Origin: Trichodelitschia bisporula
Lineage: Eukaryota
Direction: 5' to 3'
Assembly: GCA_010356995.1 (NCBI GenBank)
Contig: ML996704.1
Location: 186,001-250,000 of the forward strand
Length of the DNA: 64,000 nt
Both the position numbers and the translations under genes were made by a program. Below, piece after piece: positions 24,738-36,558 of this stretch. The notes under the pieces are model-generated. The model worked only from the letters and a program-made list of their open reading frames with translations, was not told the DNA's origin and did not search any database. Each line of letters begins with the position of its first letter. The stretch's first letter is position 1.

Positions 24738-26869
24738 ATGGCGCCCACGGACGATTCCCACGAGCTCCAGGTATATCAAGCCCCCTTGGACGGTTGACGT
24801 AGCTAACAATCCAGGCTCACGCAAACCATCGCTGGTCCGCCTCACCAAACAATCATGGCCTCGATGCTCGCAAGCGTAGCCACTCCCCGAGCCCCTCGCG
24901 CTCCCACGCCGGCGATGACCAGACTATCAACAACAAACGCCTGCGCTCGGCGAACTGGCCGCTGCCAGACGATCCCATCGGCGTGCTCCAGCCTACTACA
25001 GCCAACACCCAGCGCGGTAGCCCAGTGCGTCCGTCCCGCTTCCGCGAGGGGAGCATGGCCGATCGCGCGAGCGAGGAGCCGCCCACCGCGTTCATCGCCC
25101 CTCCGTCCAGCGACTGGGACTACCCGATGAAAGACTACGGATCGCAGCGCGGACGTACCGCCTCACCGCGTTTCATCCATCGGCCTGTACACCACACGCG
25201 CGCGTCGGTCTCGCACTCAACTACAACCACAACGACAGACGAAAGCGGCGCCACGCGCCAATCGGGCATCTTCCGCTTCGGCCGCTCGGTCGCCGCCTCG
25301 TTCAACCCCGTCCGCATCTGGCAGTCCGTCTCGAACCGCTGGGACAATGCCAAGGAGGAGCTGCTCACGGAGGCGGAGATGGAGCGCAAGCGGCTGCTTG
25401 AGCGGCAGGTGCGCGCCGAGCAAGCTTACGCCGAGCTCAAGGCGTCGACCGCGCGGCCCTCACACGACGCCAACCGCGACTCCGGCATCGCGATGGATGA
25501 CACGCCGCGCGCCTCGCTGGACAACAAGAAGCGCGCCGAGGAGCCGACCCCGCGCCGCACGTTCCACTTCCGCACGCCCTCGCTCACGAATCTCAAGCGC
25601 ATACGCAGCGAAGTCAGCCTACACAAGCGCTCTGTCAGTGGCTCGGAGTCGCCGAGCAAAGATCACGAGACTCCTGGCCCGGGTTCGATGCCGGCTCATG
25701 AGCTCCGCCGCCAGCCGTCAAAAAAGGACCTGGTCAAACAACGCAAGCTGACGAAGCGCATCAGCGATTTGGAGACCAAGCTCGAGCTTGCGCGCCGGGA
25801 GTTGAACTCGGCTATGACGCACCCGCCTCTCCCTGCTACACCGCAGGTTACGCCCCGCGCTGCGCCGGGCCCGAGTGCTTGGAAGCGCAGTTTTGCGCCT
25901 ATGCCCTCGCTGCCGTCTGAGCGTCTCCTGTACGCAGCCGGATTACTGGATGATGCGGACTCAGGGCTGGGGAGTGTGGATGGCGACGAGCGGCCACCCC
26001 TGCCACCTATGCCGAATATGCCTGATGTTGTGATGGCAGACTTCGAGTTCGAGGCAGCACCGGTCTCGCATCCTGCTGGCGTGGCGTTTCAACCCGTGGA
26101 GGTCGAGCCGTCGGTGGAGAACGGGCGGATGCGTCGGTCCGTCGAACCCGAGCTACGTAAGCGTCAGTCCGTCGAGCCGGAGCTGCGTGCGCGTCGCTCT
26201 GTCGAATCTGAGTTGCGTGCACGTCACTCTGTCGAACCCACGCTGCGTGCACGCCGGTCCGTCGAACCCGAGCTGCGTACCCGTCGGTCCGTCGAGCCTG
26301 ACGCCATCCGTGTGCGGCACTCCGTCGAGCCGGAACTCCACACTCACCGCTCGGTTGAACCCGAGGTGCACCTGCGCCGGTCCACAGACCCCGAACACCG
26401 CTCCGCCAGCGGCCCGGAAACGCGCAGCCGCACCCTGCGCAAGAAGCGTCCTTCCATGGCACCCGTCCCGGCACCAGTTCCCTCGGCCGAGCCCTCAACT
26501 GCTTCCGACATCGGCATGCGCCGTGTGTCCCCGTCTAAGCTCCCGGTTAAGAAGGGCGTGCTCACTAAGCCTCCACCCCCCGCTGCTGCTGCGACGGGTA
26601 AGATCGTTCCGCGGGTGGTGGTTGAGGAGGTTGTGGGGCGGTCGAGCTTGGAAACTGTTGTTGAGGAGAGGAGGGGGGAGGAAAGTATTGTGGTTAAAGA
26701 GACGGTTGAGGTTAAGGAGGTGAAGAAGGAGGTCAAGCGTGAGGGCAGGCCGTTGATGAGGTCCCCTAGTAAGGGTGATTTGAGGACGTTGAGGAAGAGG
26801 GATGGGGCGAGGAAGGAGAACAGGGTGGAGAAGAAGAAGAGCTTTGAGTGGCCGGAGGATGTGTTTTAG
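24738..26869 (+). CDS. Low-complexity coiled-coil protein (conserved fungal hypothetical) with an internal 10-aa repeat; 2 exons
   Basis: Short exon MAPTDDSHELQ, intron about 24771-24815, then the long ORF. Motifs SRFREGSM, coiled coil 'KQRKLTKRISDLETKL', C-terminal FEWPEDVF. Confidence 0.8.
26132..26400 (+). repeat. Coding tandem repeat, 30-nt period, about 9 units (RRSVEPELRx)
   Basis: RRSVEPELRK-RQSVEPELRA-RRSVESELRA-RHSVEPTLRA-RRSVEPELRT... read directly. Confidence 0.9.
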
Positions 26870-27407
26870 ATGCCTCTTGATGCTGAGACTGAGACTGGAT
26901 AGGGATGGGGGGTTGAGTGCTGTGTGCTGTGTTGCATTTAGCGGTTGCGGTTGCGGTTGCGAGGCGTTCGGTTCATCTAGTGAGCGTGGAGTGAGATCGG
27001 AATACCTTGCGTAGTGTGGGATATTGTGTATTGTGTAATTGAGCGAGGCTATGGTGTTCTACTGAGCCTCTATTCCATCGAACTGAGTTTCTGAATGCCA
27101 GGTCCCCTGTGTATGCCGCGTCAAGTCGAGCACACCCAGCCTTCCCCGTCCAATGCTGAGACTCCATTCTATGCAACCTGCGCCACCAACATCCAACATG
27201 ACGATCACCAACCTCACAACCCACAGCTCAGAATCCATTGCTACAACCCACACCGGCAAATGACACCTTTATACTACACTCTAAATCCAAATCCTGCCCG
27301 CCTATATCGGAGGTCGGTAACCGACTGGCGCTTCCCCCCACCGGCTCGCGCCTTCGCTTCCCACCGGCTCGCGCTTTCCTCACACTCTCGTCTACCCCTC
27401 CCCGTTC

Positions 27408-29675
27408 TTACAACTTCGCCTTCGGCCTCGACTTCTCCAGCTCTTCAACCTCAGCATACATCTCATCCAGCAACCCGCGATACACCTTCGCCACTTGAGG
27501 GCGCTTGAGCTTCATTCTATTCATCCATTAGCATCACCACCCTAAAGAACCAAACCACAATCCACTTACGTCGGGGTCAACAACTCATTCACCTCCGTGA
27601 AAGGCTCCAACGCAAGCCTAACCGCCTTCACCTTCTCATAGGAATTAAACTTCTTCTTCTTTGCCACGTGGTCGAACTCCTTCAACGCCGCCGCCCTCAC
27701 GAGAGGGTGATCGCACGCCTGGCGCACAGCCGCGTAGTCTTTCGTCCCAACTTCCTTCCCCAAAATTTTGCTAGCCCACGGCGCGAATCCCTCCGGGTCG
27801 ACGCCGAATACGCCAACCAGCGAATCCTTTGCCGAATCGCCATGGACATAACCCGACGCCAGCCAGCCACAGCTCGCCAGGAAAACATTCTCAATCCGCT
27901 CGGGGGAGATGTACTCCCCATGCGCGAGCTTAAGCAATTGCTTCACGCGATCCACGATGCTAAACCGGCCCATCTCATCCACAGACGCGATATCCCCCGT
28001 CGAGAACCAGCCCTCGTCGTCCTTAGCTCCCGCCGTGCCTTCCGGATTCCGCCAATACTCGCGGAAGACAGAGCCACCACGCACAAGCAGCTCGCCGCGC
28101 GGGTACGGCTTGTCGGTGCTAAAGTACCCCATGTCCGGCACATCCCTGAGGCACAGCTCGTCGCACGCGCACACACCGCCGCAGTTACCGGCGGTCATAT
28201 CGCCCTCGGCTTGGCATAGCGCGATGGCGTACGTTTCCGTTAGGCCGTAGCCCTGGCAGAACGTGTTTGCAAACACGACGCGCAGGAACTGGTGCAAACT
28301 CGGATCCAACGGGGCGGAGCCCGAAACCATGGTCCCGCAGCGGTCGAGCCCGATCTGTGCGGCAACCTTACGCGACCAGATCCGATCCCAGAGGAGATGC
28401 TTGTTCGTCGCGGTCTTGGGGTCGCCGGTGCGCAGGCGCGCCATCTTCGTGCCCACGACGTGGCGGGACAAGGCGCCGCGGACACGCTCGTCACTCTCTG
28501 TGGTCGCAGCCGTGATCTTGCTGCCGAACTTATTGAACAGCCGCGGGACGCCCGAGAACCCGGTCGGGCGGAGGAGCTTGAGGTCGTCGACGAGCTCGGG
28601 GATGACACCGTGGAAGTAGCCGATCGAGGCGCCGGCCCAGAGGGCCACATGCTCAGTGACACGCTCGTATATGTGCGCGAGGGGCAGGAAGGAGCATGCG
28701 ACGTCCGCGGGACCCTGCTTCATGAGCAACATTGCGGCTGATGCGGCGGCAACGGCGTTGCGGTGCGTCAGCACCACACCCTTGGGATTGCCCGTCGTGC
28801 CGGACGTGTAGTTGATCGTAATCAGGTCGTCGGGGCGGGGCGGGTTGAATGGCGCGCTCGGGTCAACGGCACCCATGGCCTCGACGTCGCGGATGTAGAG
28901 CACCTGGACGCCGACGTCGGCGGCGAAGGAGGCGAGGAGCGCGGCCTTCGAGTTCTGCGGCTGTTCGCCGTTGCTCAGCGGGTCCATCGAGATGATGAAC
29001 TTGAGGCTCGGGCAGCGGGGCTTCAGGCGCAGGAGCGTGGGGACGTGCATCAGGCTCGTGACGACGCAGGCGAGCTCGGCGTTGTTGATAATGTACTCCG
29101 TCGCGTCGGGGCCGAGCGTATCGTACAGAGACACGCTGAACAGGCTCTGGCTCATACACGCCAGGTCCGTGATCTGCCATTCGGGCCGGTTTTGGCACCA
29201 CAGGCCCACGCCGAAGCGTCCGCCGATGCCGGCCGCCGAGTGCAGCTTCACAAGCCCGACGCCTAGGTTGCGCCGGCGCAGCGCCACGGTGCCATAGTCC
29301 TCCCAGACATAGTCGCCGAAGCTCTGGGTCGCGGGATTCCAGGGCCGGACGCCGAGGCAGTTTTTCTTGGGGGCAGTGGTTGCTAGTGTGGTCAGCCTTG
29401 TTTTCTGCGAATAGGGCGAGGTTTACGCACACGTCTGCTCAAAGAAGTCATGCGCCGTTTGGATCTGCGATTGTTAGCTGGGTTCGCCGCTTGCGCGCAT
29501 CACGCACCGCCGGGTCTAGCGTCTCGAGCAGTCCATCGCGGAAGCGCCAGTGCCGGTACACCTCTGTGCGGCCTTCGCGCTTCGAGCCTGGGACGGTGAC
29601 GCTGTAAGGCGAGCCGGGCGTCGGAGGCGGCTGGAGTTCGGCGGCGCGTTTGAGGGAGACGGTGTTGAGCGACAT
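27408..29675 (-). CDS. Peroxisomal long-chain-fatty-acid-CoA ligase (FAA2-like); 4 exons
   Basis: AMP-binding motifs YTSGTTGNPKG, SFLPLAHIYER, QGYGLTET, GWFSTGD, GEYISPE. The last exon after intron about 27569-27517 ends ...PKAKL*, a PTS1 signal. Confidence 0.92.
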
Positions 29676-31241
29676 CGTTGCGGTGGGGACGACGTCGAGG
29701 AGTGTGGTGCGAGGAGATGGAGGCGAAGAGGGGACGTCGGCTGGAAAAAAGAGGGTCGGTAATTAGGCGCGTTAATTGCCCGGATCTGGGCTGGGGATCT
29801 GGGAGGCGGCACGGACGCGTGCTACGTGCTTTGGGCGGAAGAGGCCGAGGCTTCGGTGGGAGTGTGGGGGAACGGGGGAGGGAGGTGGTGACCTGGGGTT
29901 GAAGGATGAGGGTTAGGATGATGCGTTTTGGAGGAGGAGCGCGATCTGGGAACACGCGGGACGGGGAGAGATCTCACAGATGTCTACGGGGCCTAGTTGC
30001 CTTCCAAAAGATGGCAGAAGGGAAAGCAGAGGCTGAAAAGGAAACAGAGAACACACGGTACTGGATGTTTGATATAGATTGGGGTGGGTAGATGTGAGAG
30101 CTACATGGAGTAGATTGAGAATCGGAGGTTCAAAAACCTCGCGTTTCCGGAGAAGCACATGCAAATGCTGTCAGCGGCGTGGGAAGGAGGCACGGCGCCA
30201 GGGATGCGGGAGGGCACAAGGGCACAAGGGCGAAGGAAAACGCCACATCGCATGCATGCCCAAAGAAACACCATTCACATTCCACGTTGTGGACACAAAA
30301 CACCACGCCTTCCCGCCTGCTATGCATTAGCTCAGCCTCGGCCTCGGTGATACCGGTACACAAGCCACCACGACTTCATCTCCAAGTAAAACACCCAGCC
30401 AATCAGCACAACGGTACGTACCGTAGGTACCATAGAGCCCATATCATATCAAGCACCGTCGCTCCACCCTCAATCCCGTACGCGGTACCTCAATCCGAGT
30501 ACCTCAATCCTCCCTCCCCCAAACGAACAACCTCGGCCCGCTCCCACACCCCATAATGATGCCAGATATGATTAATATGCGTCGCAAACGTCCAGCCCCG
30601 TGCCTCGCGCCGGACCACGTTCCTATCCCGGCTCCGGCCCCGGGGGGCTCACCACGCGCCAGCCCGAAATGTAGGGTACGCCGCGGGTGCGTCGCGCTCG
30701 CCGAAGCATACACATCATCATCAGCGAACAAAGAAATACATACAAGGCTCACGGCGAGACGTATGACTGAAGTTCGCGCAGTACAAAACGGCCGTAGCAC
30801 TCGCAGTTGACACCGTATCGCGATGTTGAAGACGCACGCCGCTGCCCAAAGCCCCGGACTTGGAGGCGGAAAACGCCTCCCCCGCAATTCCATGCGCGCT
30901 GGCCTATTGGGGGGCCCCCGTTGGTCATGAGCCGTTTTCCATCGCGCCGATGGCACATGCTGCGCGTGGCCGAGGGAAAGGGTCGGCACGTGTGTTGTGC
31001 GTTCGGATTGGGCTGATTCTATGTGTGGTGTCTCGATTGGATGGGTTTTTTTTCGGGGGACATGTGCGTGGTGATCAGGGCTGGAGGGAGGGGGGAGAAG
31101 TTATTGCCGGTGCATATACGAGGACAACCACCTTTGGTAGCAATGACTTTATGGTTGAACCTGCGGCTTGCCTGAAGCTTCCATTATCCAAACCGAGAGC
31201 TTCGAGAAGTTATGCCCTATTGCCAAGCCTCACATCGAACT

Positions 31242-31330
31242 GGTCGATTAGCTCAGTTGGTTAGAGCGTGGTGCTAATATGAATCTTCATGTATACGCCA
31301 AGGTCGCGGGTTCGACCCCCGTATTGACCA
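31242..31330 (+). tRNA. tRNA-Ile(AAT) with 15-nt intron (31280-31294)
   Basis: Acceptor GGTCGAT/ATTGACC, D arm GCTC/GAGC, anticodon stem TGGTG/CGCCA with CT-AAT-A, T arm GCGGG-TTCGACC-CCCGT, TTTTT terminator. Confidence 0.95.
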
Positions 31331-31580
31331 ATCTTTTTGCTTTTGGGCTGATGGAGAATGGGATACATTTTTGGCGGCATACGAGTATCAGGTTGCGGGG
31401 AGATGGGATGGAACACAGTGAGGAGTTCAACAATGCCAGTATTTGTGATTATCTACTAGCCATCAAATCAATCCAGACATTCCGATGTCTGGCGCCTCTA
31501 TGCCCTCCCATGGCGCCTTCCTCCCCTTCCATGACGCCTCTCTTCCCCCTCGCGGCGTCTCTCTTCCCTCTCGTAAAAAG

Positions 31581-32399
31581 CTAACCTGTACTTCCGGGGG
31601 AGATCTCTACTCTCTCGTACTCGTAAATAACTACCCTGTACCTAACCCGGCTCCCTCGTTCTCCCTCAAGTTCTGATTCTGTACTCTCCCTGGACACCCC
31701 GCTCGATCCTCCATTGTCGTCCAAAGCCCAGCCAGCGGTGATTCGCGCCTGCAGCCATGTACGAATGCCGGGATGCACAACACTGGGAGACCGGTCTACT
31801 GGTGCGCGTGCTTGCGAAGAGGCTGTACGTGAAGGACGCCCGTGCGAAGGGTAAGAATGCGAGCAGAGCTCATGGCAGGTACAACCATGCGGTGGATACA
31901 GAGGCGGAGGACACGCATGCGAAGGAAACGGATGCCAGGGGCACACATGTGGAGGATGCGCAGACGAAATGAATCCAGGCGAAGTAGGATCATGCCAGAT
32001 ACACCCATGCGGATGGCCGTATACACCACTTCCAGGTGTAGGCGCCCTCGTCGACGAGGCCCGGTCGGGGTTGGACCCGCGCTCAAGACCAGAGCCGCGC
32101 GGCGGGGGGCGAGAAGTAAGAGGGTTGTACGTCACAGTGAAATCGGGGTAGGACGTAACCTGCCTGCCAGCGGAGAGAGAAATGTTCTGCGGAGAGGCGG
32201 ATACATGGTACGGTACAACGATGGACGGACCGGAGGTGGTTGTCTCCGCGGCGCGGGGCTGCCGAGCGCGTCTCGGGGGGGCCAGCGGGCCCCGTGGCCG
32301 ATCTGGGTACCCCTCGTCATATGAAGGGGGTTCCTCGGATCGGAAAACTGATGTTCGGGCCCACCGAGATCGAGGGTTGCGTGGCGGGATGCTTGCCAT
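31581..32399 (-). CDS. Orphan Pro-rich protein with His/Cys repeats
   Basis: 272-aa ATG ORF with a PPSY motif and repeated PxHxCxxH units. Confidence 0.55.
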   Translation of the reverse strand: MASIPPRNPRSRWARTSVFRSEEPPSYDEGYPDRPRGPLAPPRRARQPRAAETTTSGPSIVVPYHVSASPQNISLSAGRQVTSYPDFTVTYNPLTSRPPPRGSGLERGSNPDRASSTRAPTPGSGVYGHPHGCIWHDPTSPGFISSAHPPHVCPWHPFPSHACPPPLYPPHGCTCHELCSHSYPSHGRPSRTASSQARAPVDRSPSVVHPGIRTWLQARITAGWALDDNGGSSGVSRESTESELEGERGSRVRYRVVIYEYERVEISPGSTG

Positions 32400-33168
32400 G
32401 TTGATGAGGTCCAGAGTTTAATGCCGGTTCGGGTAGGGGAATAGGAGTGCAGCAAGCGGTACTTATACCTCTTGTAATTTTACGCAGCCTGCTGTGAGGT
32501 TCTGAATGAGGAGATGCCGGAAGTGGCTGGACGATGCTGTCTCAGTTGTCCAGCATGGCTGTTCATAATCTGTGTGCATTTAGACGCCCCTAGAGCTAAA
32601 GGAGTTACCCATTATCATTCTTAGTGAGAGTTCTCAGATTTTGTGGCATCCATCGTTTGTCTTTGTGCCATGAAGAGGTCGATAAACGCTGTTCCAAAAA
32701 GCTTGATGGTCGTGCTGGGACTGAGATCCATAAGCAAGAGCAGGAGTCATCAGGGCAGACGGCAATTTTCAGAATCAAAAGGGCAATACTAGAACTAGAA
32801 CTGCGCCTCCATGCCAAACAATAAACTCAAGGCGGAGGTTGACAGGTGGAGGTGCTCGGGTGAACAAGGATGTGATCGTCTCTGTCGGTACAGAACAACG
32901 ATTCTCCATGGGTCTCCACCAATCATCCGTGCACAGTTGGACAACCTCAACTCAAGCTCAATCAAAACATTGGAGCGCTCACTCGTGGGCAAGATTCGTT
33001 AATCGCGCCAATTCTGGCTCTACGTGGGATGGCCATGTGGGCCATAGTATGTGTGCTGATTGTGGGGCAAAACGTTCGATGATTGAGCAGAGAACTGGCA
33101 CGAAGCACTGGTGAGCATGATGGTGCGAACGGATTTGGTCATTTGAAGGTGCTAAACTAATCTGGATG

Positions 33169-33277
33169 TAGGACAGAGCAGCGTACTCACGTTACTCCAG
33201 TGATAAGGTGAGCACACTGCCGTGTGGCCGGCTTTGTCCTTATCACTGGAATACCGTGAGCATGTTGCTCTGTCCTA
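33169..33277. repeat. Inverted repeat / hairpin (40-nt arms, 29-nt loop)
   Basis: 33169-33208 matches the reverse complement of 33238-33277 at 35 of 40 positions. Confidence 0.9.
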
Positions 33278-33412
33278 AAAAGCACCAAGCTGGCGCCCCC
33301 TGTCCGTCCGATTGCCCGTTCAACGCGCATGGGCATTGCCATCGTTCCCCAGGATGCTGAGGCGGCCGCCTAGATGTGGCGAGGCGGGATCGTGCCGCGT
33401 GGGTGACGAAGA

Positions 33413-33943
33413 CTATGGCCTGGACCTGTTAGCAATGGCCAGCATAAGGAATCGCGGCATCTCACCAGTCTCGACACTCGGCTCCGCCGCTTCCTGGCCT
33501 CCGACGCGACCGGACCGAAGATCGCCGAAGATGGCGCCGCTGCTTCGGAAGGAGATGTGGCATCCAGTGCCGTTGTTGATGGCGCTTGGAGGAGAGAGAT
33601 GAGCGGGAGGAGGCGGCACAAGACCCAAGTTGATGGCGTCTTGAACGGTGATGGGCGGCTGTCGAGCGACACGCTCACGGTGAGGCTGCTCAGGGAGTTC
33701 AATGCCCCCCTCCGGCATGTTGAGAGCGTACCCGCCGCGGCGCGCCCGCTCGACGCTCTTCTTGTGGCGGCGCGCCACCCGCCACTTGAAGAACCGCTTC
33801 ACCACCAGGTAGAGCATGATGATGATGAGGATGGCGGCCACAATGAGCGCGATGCCCCAGGCGCGCCCATGCTCATCGTCGCTGCGAGCGACAAGCAACG
33901 CAAGACGCCTACCATTATGGCCGGCGTTGGTCGTGGGCGCCAT
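33413..33943 (-). CDS. Small single-pass membrane hypothetical protein
   Basis: MAPTT... start, hydrophobic 'WGIALIVAAILIIIMLYLVV' followed by a basic stop-transfer segment. Confidence 0.6.
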   Translation of the reverse strand: MAPTTNAGHNGRRLALLVARSDDEHGRAWGIALIVAAILIIIMLYLVVKRFFKWRVARRHKKSVERARRGGYALNMPEGGIELPEQPHRERVARQPPITVQDAINLGLVPPPPAHLSPPSAINNGTGCHISFRSSGAIFGDLRSGRVGGQEAAEPSVETGEMPRFLMLAIANRSRP

Positions 33944-34589
33944 GCTGGCTGGGTAAGCGTTTGTCACGGAACACTGGGGTGAACTTCCTTGACTTGCGGC
34001 GAAAACCCGACGGCAGAGCTTGAATTCTTCCTCCGAAAATGGAGGGACGATGGAGGAGAGGGAGGGCGAGGCGAGCGGTGGAGAATTGAGGAGCAGCTTT
34101 TTGGTGGTGCTCAGGGGGCGGATGGTGAGGGCTAGGGAAGATCTGTGATGGAGATTTTTGTGAGTGAGTGTATCGAAGGCCAGTCTTTTATACTTACCAT
34201 TCCCAGGTGCCAAGATGCATTCGGGGCAGCCTCGCGAGAGGACCCCGATGGCCAATAGTTTTTCCAGTTTGCTTGATTATATGTATATCCGTCCCCTCAA
34301 AGGGGAAGGAGCAATGGGGCCGACTACCATCCCCATGCGGTTAGGGGATGGTGTGGCAGAATGCCGAATCACTATACTTTGTGTGCAGCGCACCATCAGG
34401 TTTTAGAAGTGGATCTTGAAGGCATGAAGACATGCAAAGACGCAAAAGATCATGGCAATAGCCAGCGTAGGAGCTTCTTGAGATATGAGAACAACCGTAA
34501 AACGCACACAGCACCGTTTGTCGTCCACTGAGCCTTGGAGTAATCCGGGATGCTTGCTGACATCATCCACCTAGAACTTGAGCCGGTCC

Positions 34590-35207
34590 TTAAAGGGCCA
34601 CATTCGAGAAACCATGGTCCGTACCAGTACTATGCGAGAAGTCATGGCTAGTACCAGTATCATGCGAGGAATGATGGCCAGTACCAGTTTCATGCGAGGA
34701 GCCATGGCCAGTACCAGTACCATGCGAAACCTCTCCGGCAGTGCTCGCTGTCGCATCACCACCTGGCTTCGACGTCGTAGTGCTGGAAGCTCCACCAACT
34801 GGTTCTGTCCCGACAAACTTCACTCCCGGGTTGTCCAAATCGTTGTCCGTAACGGTGGTTGGGGGCCAACGATCCAGGTGCGTTTCCATTGGCGGGTGCA
34901 GATCCGTCGACGATGTCGCAAACCCAGTCGTCTGGCGGTTTGTCGAGCCCGGGTGACGGTTAGGCGCCAACGGCGGCCACGGGTAGTTGAAAGGCGGATA
35001 CTCCACTGAGTTCGAATCGTTCAGATGCTGCTGCAACTCCATGTTGGCGTCGGGTTGATTCTGGCGGCGTGCCTGGCGCGAGCGGCAGACGAGGATGATG
35101 ATCAGTAGGAGGACAAGAGCGAGGAGGAGACTGGAAGAGGCCAAGGAGAATATGAGGAGCGGGTGGGGAGTGGTGGTATCGTCGGGAGCGGTAGCTTCAG
35201 GAGGCAT
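34590..35207 (-). CDS. Small single-pass membrane protein with His/Thr/Gly-rich C-terminal repeats
   Basis: N-terminal TM 'LLLALVLLLIIILVC' plus basic residues; tail HGTGTGHGSSHETGTGHHSSHDTGTSHDFSHSTGTDHGFS. Confidence 0.65.
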   Translation of the reverse strand: MPPEATAPDDTTTPHPLLIFSLASSSLLLALVLLLIIILVCRSRQARRQNQPDANMELQQHLNDSNSVEYPPFNYPWPPLAPNRHPGSTNRQTTGFATSSTDLHPPMETHLDRWPPTTVTDNDLDNPGVKFVGTEPVGGASSTTTSKPGGDATASTAGEVSHGTGTGHGSSHETGTGHHSSHDTGTSHDFSHSTGTDHGFSNVAL

Positions 35208-36558
35208 CTTGATGATCCGCGGGCGATGTTGACGAGGTTCGATTGTGGAGTTCTACGGAATCGAAGAAGAGGTGGTCGGGTTGACTTTTGGGTTTCGGTT
35301 TTGAGCACGTCAACCGTGAATGGGAGTCAGTGACGGCAATGGTTATTCCTTGGCCGAGCTCTATGAACTGGTGGTCCGTTCACGAGGCCTTATTGTGTAG
35401 GCGCTCAAAGGTTTCTCCGGGGATTGCCCACCATTCCCCCGAGGATGAAGCGGTATCGATATGGTCTCTTCGTCTTTCACCAAGTCAAGCCCGCCCCTTG
35501 TTTGGTGTTTTACTGCCTCCCAACACTTTCCTTTGACCATCGCTGCCCATTCGATGCCACTGTCTTCGCTCTACCGTACTGAGCGGTCTACGTGAACCGT
35601 CAGGATGTGGCCAGCACCTAGTGTCAACGACTGTGCTAGATTTCATATGATGAAGTGCTGAACAGGCAGGCCGAAACACTCACCGGCAAAGACTCTTGGT
35701 CGGCGACCATACTGCTCGAATTCTCGATATCATCGACGATTCTCCACTTTGTAGACCCTCCGGACCATGGGCAGCTTGTATCCCAATCTGTGGGAAAGGT
35801 TGATAGGATTACAACTTCATAGCAGGAATAAGTGGAGATGAATTAAAGCCGGGAGTCCAGCAAGCTTCAACAGTGAAGCTGAATACACCGGCGCCGCTCC
35901 GCTAATCAGCGTCTGATGAGAAGAGCCGTCAAGCGCGATACCAGTCACCACCGAAACCCTCTTCCACATAAAGGATTGAACTGCATGACCTTGACACAAC
36001 CTTAGGATGGCTGACATTCTTGCCTGATTCCTGTCTCTTCTTCCCCTTTATTGCCGTTGGGTTGTCCCTCTGCTTGTAAAAACGTGTCATCCGGAGAGCA
36101 TGCCCTATAGTTAGATTCAAGTGTATCTATACTCAACAATAGATGCGTTAAGCTCCTCTGAACCTCGCAGATGGCAGGTGACGTTGTCTGAGACATGCCA
36201 CAGACTAGAATTCACCGGAGCCCGCGAATGACTGGGCACGCTGGACCCTGACGACATCATTCCGCCCTACGACGGCACTTAAAAGCCACGCAACCTCTTC
36301 CATCTCATCTCACCGTGACTTCTCATTTCAATTCAATGATCGGCTGAAATAAGTGCGGCTTAGCTATGCCATGCATGCCATGTCTCTCACATCGTCTCGA
36401 AGTGGAACTGCGATCACCCTTAGGATTCGCGCTGAGAAAGCGGAATCTGACTGTCAAACAATCTTTAACTAGATCAGACGACCAAATGCAAGATGTTGAG
36501 AATTTAAACTGGGCTAAATATGGCTTAGATATTCAGAGGGTGCGCCAACACTCGATGT

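Noticed and set aside
26132..26400. 30-nt periodic repeat as a CRISPR-like array
   Set aside because: Eukaryotic, no spacers, and an in-frame coding repeat.
32590..33160. Broken plus-strand reading frames
   Set aside because: No family similarity recognisable; cannot support a pseudogene call.
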